DNA from: Lachnospiraceae bacterium
GTDB taxonomy: Bacteria; Bacillota; Clostridia; Lachnospirales; Lachnospiraceae
DNA: 64,000 nt
Assembly: GCA_045546175.1 (NCBI GenBank)
Contig: JAZQCI010000103.1
Location: forward strand, 26,679 to 90,678
Direction of reading: 5' to 3'
Shown here: positions 56,124-64,000 of the stretch, in pieces
Numbering within the stretch: the first letter of the stretch is position 1
Layout: each line of letters starts with the position of its first letter
The notes under the pieces: model-generated
Told to the model about the DNA's origin: nothing
Databases searched by the model: none
The model's input: the letters and a program-made list of their open reading frames with translations, nothing else
Program-made: the position numbers and the translations under genes

Positions 56124-58430
56124 TCACCCGTTTGTTCTCTTGACCGCCTGGACGCCGCGAATATTCTGGAGCTTGGTGCAGATCTCCCGCAGTTCCTCCA
56201 CGCTCTTGACCTCAAAGCTGATGGTCAGCGTCGCGATTCCGTGCTTGCTGGTCATCGTATTGACTTTCAAAATATTGATATCTCTCTCGGAGAAATTCCT
56301 GGTGACGTCGTTGAGCAGTCCCGCTCTGTCGTTGGCGTAGATGTTGATCTCGCAGACGAATCCGGCGTCTCTCTCTACTTCTGCTCCGTCTACCCAGGTC
56401 GCCTCAATGATCCTTCCCTTGTTCTCCTCATCCAGGTTGACTACGTTCACGCAGTCCGCCCTGTGGATCGATACGCCCCTGCCCCTGGTGACAAATCCGA
56501 CGATTTTATCGCCCGGAACAGGATTGCAGCACTTGGAGAAGCGGACGGCCACGTCGTGAATTCCCTTGACGACAATGGCGCTCTGGGCCTTTGTGACCGA
56601 GCGCGGCTTGTGCTCGGCGATCTCCTGCAGGACTTCTTCGTCGGTGGCGTTCCTCTTGTGGTCCTCCTCGTAGAGCTCATGCAGTTTGTTGACGATCTGC
56701 CCTTCCTTGACGCCGCCGTGTCCGATCGCGGCAAGGACCGCGTCCCACTCCCTGAACCCGTATTTTCTCAGGATCACTTCCTTGTACTCGGGTTTGAGAA
56801 GATCTGAGAGAACATATCCCTTGGTCTTGCAGTAGGCAGCCATGAGATCCCTGCCTCTGTTGATGTTCTCCTCCTTCATCTCCCTGCGGAACCACTGGTT
56901 GATCTTGTTGCGCGTGGAAGCGCTTCTGGCTATGCTGAGCCAGTCCGGGCTGGGTCCTTTGGAGTTCTGGGAGGTGATGATCTCGATCCGGTCGCCGTTT
57001 CGGATCCGGTAATCTATACTGACGATCTTGCCGTTCACACGGGCTCCGATCATCCTGTTGCCCACTGCCGAGTGGATAGAGTAAGCGAAGTCGATGGGCG
57101 TGGAACCCGCGGGAAGATTCTTGACCTCTCCTCTGGGCGTAAAGCAATAGACGCTGTCGGAAAACAGATCCAGGTCGCTCTTGAGCAGATCCATAAATTC
57201 CTTGTTGTCCGACATATCCCGCTGCCACTCGAGGATCTGGCGCAGCCAGGTGAGTTTCTCCTCTTCCTTGTTCTCAACTTTCTTTCCGTCCGACTGCTCC
57301 TTATATTTCCAGTGCGCCGCGATACCGTATTCAGCCGCGCGGTGCATCTCAAAGGTGCGGATCTGGATCTCGAAGGGCTGCCCTGTGGGACCGATCAGCG
57401 TCGTGTGGAGCGACTGATACATGTTGGGCTTGGGCATCGCGATATAGTCCTTGAACCTGCCCGGGATGGGCTTGTACATCTCGTGGATGATACCGAGCGC
57501 CGCGTAGCAGTCCTTGACGGAATTGACAATGATCCTAACTGCGAAAAGATCATAGATCTGGTCCAGGGTCTTTCCCTGATTTACCATTTTCTTATAGATG
57601 CTGAAAAAGTGTTTGACACGGCCGTCCACCCTGCCTTCGATGCCGGCCTCCCGAATGTGCTCCGATACCTCCGCGGCGATCTCCTGCACATATTTCTCCC
57701 TCTCGGATTTGCGCTGCGCCACCTTTTCAACGAGGTCATAATATACGTCGGGTTTAAGATATTTGAGAGAGAGGTCATCCAGCTCTACCTTGATCTTGGA
57801 GATTCCGAGCCTTGATGCGATGGGGGAATAGATATCGAGCGTCTCCTGCGCGATGCGGACCTGCTTCTCCGGAGGCATGTGTCCCAGTGTGCGCATATTG
57901 TGGAGGCGGTCGGCCAGTTTGATCAGAATGACGCGGATATCCTTGGCCATTGCCAGGAACATCTTTCGCAGATTTCTTGCCTGTTCTTCCTGCTGTACCT
58001 GTGTCTTGTCTTTATAGTCGCCGGAGAGTCCGAGTTTTTCGAGTTTGGTGACGCCGTCCACAAGGAGTGCCACGTCGGCCCCGAACAGTTCCTCGATCTC
58101 TTCCTTGGTCATGATCGTGTCTTCCACTACATCGTGAAGAAGACCCGCCGTAATAGTCTCTTTATCCAGTTCCAGATCCGCAAGGATCAAAGCCACGTAA
58201 AGTGGATGAATGATGTAGGGCTCACCGGATTTGCGCTTCTGCCCTTCGTGGGCCTTTCTGGCAACCTCGTAGCCTTTCTCGATCAGCGAAATATCGTCGG
58301 AGGGATGATATCTGCGGACACGCTCAATAACGTCCGCGTAAAGCTCTTCCGGACTTAAATACTCTGCAATTTTCTCAATTGTGCCGCTGTCGAATTCCTC
58401 GAAGCCTCTCTTTGCGATGATGTCGGCCAT
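56124..58430 (-). CDS. relA: Bifunctional (p)ppGpp synthase/hydrolase
   Basis: HD domain LLHDVVED, synthetase YQSLHT, TGS and ACT domains. Confidence 0.97.
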   Translation of the reverse strand: MADIIAKRGFEEFDSGTIEKIAEYLSPEELYADVIERVRRYHPSDDISLIEKGYEVARKAHEGQKRKSGEPYIIHPLYVALILADLELDKETITAGLLHDVVEDTIMTKEEIEELFGADVALLVDGVTKLEKLGLSGDYKDKTQVQQEEQARNLRKMFLAMAKDIRVILIKLADRLHNMRTLGHMPPEKQVRIAQETLDIYSPIASRLGISKIKVELDDLSLKYLKPDVYYDLVEKVAQRKSEREKYVQEIAAEVSEHIREAGIEGRVDGRVKHFFSIYKKMVNQGKTLDQIYDLFAVRIIVNSVKDCYAALGIIHEMYKPIPGRFKDYIAMPKPNMYQSLHTTLIGPTGQPFEIQIRTFEMHRAAEYGIAAHWKYKEQSDGKKVENKEEEKLTWLRQILEWQRDMSDNKEFMDLLKSDLDLFSDSVYCFTPRGEVKNLPAGSTPIDFAYSIHSAVGNRMIGARVNGKIVSIDYRIRNGDRIEIITSQNSKGPSPDWLSIARSASTRNKINQWFRREMKEENINRGRDLMAAYCKTKGYVLSDLLKPEYKEVILRKYGFREWDAVLAAIGHGGVKEGQIVNKLHELYEEDHKRNATDEEVLQEIAEHKPRSVTKAQSAIVVKGIHDVAVRFSKCCNPVPGDKIVGFVTRGRGVSIHRADCVNVVNLDEENKGRIIEATWVDGAEVERDAGFVCEINIYANDRAGLLNDVTRNFSERDINILKVNTMTSKHGIATLTISFEVKSVEELREICTKLQNIRGVQAVKRTNG

Positions 58431-58548
58431 ACCTCGGACCTGATCCTTTCAGAATAATTGACTTGAAATAAAGTATTGCCATTATAAGAAAATTTGTCAA
58501 GTCCGTCAAATGCTGTTGTCTGAAAATTCTTCGTTCGCGGCTTGTTCC

Positions 58549-60289
<1,741 letters not shown>

Positions 60290-60326
60290 TCAAAATATAG
60301 TCTCAAATAATTAAATAATCAAATAA

Positions 60327-60611
60327 TCATTCGATCACTGCGAGAATGTCGCTCTGCTTGACAATGATGAATTTCTCTTCCTCAAGCTTGACTTCTGTTC
60401 CCGCATACTTGGAATAGATGACCTTGTCGCCAACCTTGACTTCCATCTTGATCTCTTTTCCGTCAACGACTCCGCCGGGTCCGACAGCAATTACTTCTGC
60501 CTGCTGGGGCTTTTCCTTCTCCTGGCCGGGAAGGACGATGCCGGACTTTGTGGTCTGCTCTGCCTCAAGCTGCTTAAGAACAACTCTGTCTGCCAAAGGT
60601 ACTAACTTCAT
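60327..60611 (-). CDS. groS: Co-chaperonin GroES
   Basis: PLADRV, KSGIVLP, YAGTEV. Confidence 0.99.
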   Translation of the reverse strand: MKLVPLADRVVLKQLEAEQTTKSGIVLPGQEKEKPQQAEVIAVGPGGVVDGKEIKMEVKVGDKVIYSKYAGTEVKLEEEKFIIVKQSDILAVIE

Positions 60612-60669
60612 AATTTACGCCTCCTTTATCATGCGTGAATGATCAATTAACATATTCGGTAATTGATTG

Positions 60670-60696
60670 TTAGCACTCATTCATGTCGAGTGCTAA
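60670..60696. promoter_or_regulatory. CIRCE element (HrcA operator)
   Basis: Perfect TTAGCACTC-N9-GAGTGCTAA upstream of groES. Confidence 0.97.
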
Positions 60697-60948
60697 CTCT
60701 AGTTGGTATAATAGTTTTATCCACATTTGTTTGCAACCGATGGAAATGATCCTTTTTCTTTCTTTTACTCTGTTATTCTTTATTTTTCTTCATTTTTCTC
60801 TGTTTTGCTTATCTGATGACGTTTTTTCAGATTTAATACTTTATTTATGTTTTGCCGCTTCCCGTATTGCAACAGTGCAAATCAAGTGCTATAGTGTATG
60901 TAGTTTCAAATACTACTTGAAGCAATATCAAATATTGGGAGGTGCGTT

Positions 60949-61212
60949 ATGACTGTTAAAGAACTTAAAGTTTTCTTCAAAGAGCATCTGGTTCCTTCTC
61001 ACTTATATAATCTCAGGGGCGGATCACACGGCGGCAGAATCTGTATCGGAAAAGACAAGCAGAATACATGGGAAGTGTATTTCAGCGAGAAAAAGAACAA
61101 GATCGGCCTCATGCGGTTTGCAACGGAAAGTGAAGCCTGTCAGCATATGATGGACGAAGTCCGCAAAGTTATGGAACAGATCTACGGAGTTACCTGGAAA
61201 GGTCTGGCGTAA
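60949..61212 (+). CDS. Small hypothetical protein
   Basis: GGAGG RBS, followed by hairpin-T terminator (~61237-61276). Confidence 0.75.
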   Translation: MTVKELKVFFKEHLVPSHLYNLRGGSHGGRICIGKDKQNTWEVYFSEKKNKIGLMRFATESEACQHMMDEVRKVMEQIYGVTWKGLA

Positions 61213-61400
61213 AAGGGACTTGTATACGATTTATTTACCCGGTCGCAGAGCTTATGCTCTGCCGCCGGGTTTTTTATGTTTTATAATCCATGTACTCAAA
61301 AATGGCGCCCCGGTGTATGGAAAAGGAGCTGTGAAAGCCCGGTTCAATCCGGTTCTTTCACAGCCCCTCTCGGTCACTGTTTAATCAGTTTTTAAAATCA

Positions 61401-64000
61401 TCACTTCACGTCGCCGTTTGTGATCGCTGCCTGCGCTGCTGCCAGTCTTGCGATCGGTACACGGAAAGGTGAGCAGGATACATAAGTAAGACCAACCTTG
61501 TTGCAGAACTCGATGGAAGCCGGATCTCCGCCGTGCTCACCGCAGATGCCGAGCTTGATGTCAGGGCGAACCTTGCGGCCCTTCTCAGCAGCCATCTGGA
61601 TCAGCTGGCCTACGCCGTTCTGGTCGAGGTGTGCGAAAGGATCGGACTCATAGATCTTGCTCTTGTAGTAGTCGGTCAGGAACTTGCCTGCGTCGTCACG
61701 GGAGAAGCCGAAGGTCATCTGGGTCAGATCGTTTGTGCCGAAGCTGAAGAACTGAGCCTCTTCTGCGATCTCATCTGCCATAAGGGCAGCTCTGGGGATC
61801 TCGATCATGGTACCGATGTGGTACTCGATATCGGAGCCTCTCTCTTCCTTAACCTTCTCAGCGGTCTCGACGATGGTCTTCTTGACAAATGCGAGCTCTT
61901 TCTTGTCGCCTACCAGAGGAACCATGATCTCGGGAACGATGTTGTAGCCTTCCTCTGCGTTCACTTCGATGGCAGCTTCCATGACAGCTCTCGTCTGCAT
62001 CTTGGCAATCTCAGGGAATGTGACAGCCAGGCGGCAGCCGCGGTGGCCCATCATCGGGTTGAACTCGTGGAGAGCGTCGCAGCGAGCCTTTACGTCTGCT
62101 ACGGACAGGCCCATCTCTTTTGCCAGCTCTGCGATATCCTCTTCTGTTGTAGGAACGAACTCATGAAGCGGCGGATCCAGGAAACGGATCGTGACCGGTC
62201 TGCCTTCCATAGCCTTGTAGATGCCCTTGAAGTCGCCCTTCTGGAAAGGAATCAGCTCGTTGAGGGCTGCTTCTCTCTCTTCGACGGTGTCGGAAAGGAT
62301 CATCTTGCGGATCTTCGGAATTCTGTCGGGGTTGAAGAACATGTGCTCGGTTCTTGTAAGACCGATACCTTCTGCACCCATGCGGACTGCGTTTGCAGCG
62401 TCCTCGGGAGTGTCGGCATTGGTTCTGACTTTCAGTCTTCTGAACTCATCAGCCCAGTTCATGATTCTCTCGAAGTTGCCGGAGATGGAAGCTTCGACGG
62501 TCGGGATGTCGCCGAGATAGATCTTACCGGTGGAGCCGTCAAGGGAGATGTACTCGCCTTCCTTGATCTTGTGGCCGCCCAGCTCGATGAACTTCTCTTC
62601 TTCGTGAACCTTGAGGTCACCGCAGCCGGATACACAGCAGGTGCCCATACCGCGGGCTACGACTGCAGCGTGGGAGGTCATGCCGCCGCGCATGGTCAGA
62701 ACGCCTTCTGCCGCGTGCATACCTTCGATATCCTCGGGAGAAGTCTCCTGACGGACAAGGACGACCCTGCTGCCTGCGGCGTGTGCTGCTACAGCGTCGT
62801 CAGCGTTGAAAAAAATGCGGCCTGGCGCAGCGCCGGCAGGAGCGGGAAGCGCCTCGCCGATCTGCTTGCCGCTCTTAAGTGCGTCTGCGTCAAATGCAGG
62901 GTGCAGCAACTGGTCAAGGCTCTTGGCCTCAATGCGCAGAACTGCTTCCTGGGGAGTGATCATGCCTTCGTCGACCAGATCGCAGGCAACCTGGATCGCC
63001 GCCTGAGCGGTTCTCTTGCCGTTTCTGGTCTGCAGGAAGTAGAGCTTGCCTTCCTCGATGGTGAACTCCATATCCTGCATGTCGCGATAGTGCTTCTCAA
63101 GTCTGTCAGCGATCTCGATGAACTGCTTGTAGCACTCGGGAAGATCCTTCTCGAGCTGTGTGATGGGCTGAGGTGTGCGGATACCCGCGACGACGTCTTC
63201 GCCCTGTGCGTTGATCAGGTACTCGCCGAAGATGCCCTTTGCGCCTGTAGCGGGGTTACGTGTGAACGCAACGCCGGTACCGGATGTGTTGCCCATGTTT
63301 CCGAATACCATGGACTGAACGTTGACGGCAGTTCCCCACTCGTAAGGGATGTCGTTCATCATTCTGTAGTAGTTTGCTCTGGGGTTGTCCCAGGAACGGA
63401 ATACAGCCTTGATGGCTTCCATCAGCTGAACCTTAGGGTCCTGAGGGAACTCTTCGCCCATCTTCTCCGCATAGATCTCTTTATATTTTGCAATAATATT
63501 CTGAAGATCTTCTGCCTTGAGCTCTGTGTCATAGACATAGCCGTGTGCCTTCTTCTCCGCTTCGAGAATGCTGTCGAAGAAAGTCTTGCTCATGCCCATA
63601 ACGACGTCCGAGAACATCTGGATGAATCTTCTGTAGGAATCATAGGCAAATCTGGGATTGCCGGTCTTTGCCGCGAAGCCCTGTACAGAAACGTCATTGA
63701 GACCGAGATTGAGGATCGTGTCCATCATGCCGGGCATGGATGCTCTCGCACCGGAACGGACAGAGACGAGAAGCGGATTCTCAGTGTCTCCAAACTTCTT
63801 TCCCTGAACTCCCTCGAGCCACTCCAGCGCCTTGAAGATCTGCGCCTGTGTGTCCTCATTGATTGTCTTGCCGTCATTGTAATAATCTGTGCAGGCCTCG
63901 GTAGAAATTGTGAAACCGTTCGGGATCGGAAGACCGATATTGGTCATTTCCGCCAGGTTCGCACCTTTTCCGCCAAGGAGATTACGCATGTCGGCGTTTC
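61401..64000 (-). CDS. ppdK: Pyruvate phosphate dikinase (5' end beyond window)
   Basis: GGKGANLAEM, GGMTSHAAVVAR phospho-His, FSFGTNDLTQ, CGEHGG. Confidence 0.97.
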   Translation of the reverse strand, partial: NADMRNLLGGKGANLAEMTNIGLPIPNGFTISTEACTDYYNDGKTINEDTQAQIFKALEWLEGVQGKKFGDTENPLLVSVRSGARASMPGMMDTILNLGLNDVSVQGFAAKTGNPRFAYDSYRRFIQMFSDVVMGMSKTFFDSILEAEKKAHGYVYDTELKAEDLQNIIAKYKEIYAEKMGEEFPQDPKVQLMEAIKAVFRSWDNPRANYYRMMNDIPYEWGTAVNVQSMVFGNMGNTSGTGVAFTRNPATGAKGIFGEYLINAQGEDVVAGIRTPQPITQLEKDLPECYKQFIEIADRLEKHYRDMQDMEFTIEEGKLYFLQTRNGKRTAQAAIQVACDLVDEGMITPQEAVLRIEAKSLDQLLHPAFDADALKSGKQIGEALPAPAGAAPGRIFFNADDAVAAHAAGSRVVLVRQETSPEDIEGMHAAEGVLTMRGGMTSHAAVVARGMGTCCVSGCGDLKVHEEEKFIELGGHKIKEGEYISLDGSTGKIYLGDIPTVEASISGNFERIMNWADEFRRLKVRTNADTPEDAANAVRMGAEGIGLTRTEHMFFNPDRIPKIRKMILSDTVEEREAALNELIPFQKGDFKGIYKAMEGRPVTIRFLDPPLHEFVPTTEEDIAELAKEMGLSVADVKARCDALHEFNPMMGHRGCRLAVTFPEIAKMQTRAVMEAAIEVNAEEGYNIVPEIMVPLVGDKKELAFVKKTIVETAEKVKEERGSDIEYHIGTMIEIPRAALMADEIAEEAQFFSFGTNDLTQMTFGFSRDDAGKFLTDYYKSKIYESDPFAHLDQNGVGQLIQMAAEKGRKVRPDIKLGICGEHGGDPASIEFCNKVGLTYVSCSPFRVPIARLAAAQAAITNGDVK

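Overview
Two distinct parts. Positions 1 to ~25460 are the right-hand ~25 kb of a siphovirus-type prophage, with every gene on the minus strand. In transcription order it carries small early genes, a ~1.3 kb repeat-rich non-coding block (probable origin), an HTH regulator, an SF2 helicase, RusA, a primase-like/DnaB helicase, a RinA-like activator, SSB, two HNH nucleases, a compact MetK, a DNA methylase, terminase, SPP1-type portal, minor head protein, thioredoxin, a Prp-family cysteine protease, scaffold, capsid, head-tail genes, major tail protein, frameshifted tail chaperones and a tape measure cut by the window edge. It abuts the 3' end of a tRNA-Gly(CCC), the likely attachment site; no integrase lies in the window. 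Positions 25461-64000 are GC-richer Firmicute (probably Lachnospiraceae-like, inferred) core genes: pfkB, DUF711/ACT, coaE, polA, cdd, udp, hybrid kinase, gltA, purF, metA, ligA, mecA, tsf, rpsB, codY, topA, hemZ, relA, groEL/ES with CIRCE, and ppdK. The strongest leads are: (1) a phage-encoded Prp protease with an apparently private F-[LS]-I-F leader on scaffold, capsid and major tail protein; (2) a GU-rich structured RNA whose unpaired GCUCUCAC is complementary to a GUGAGAG(C/G) motif in at least 7 early/middle phage leaders; (3) an HNH gene that appears to have taken over the metK start; (4) a duplicated bipartite promoter, a CodY box and iteron-like arrays; (5) a host 871-aa protein with five unrecognised ~130-aa repeats. 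All calls were made by eye; no searches were run.
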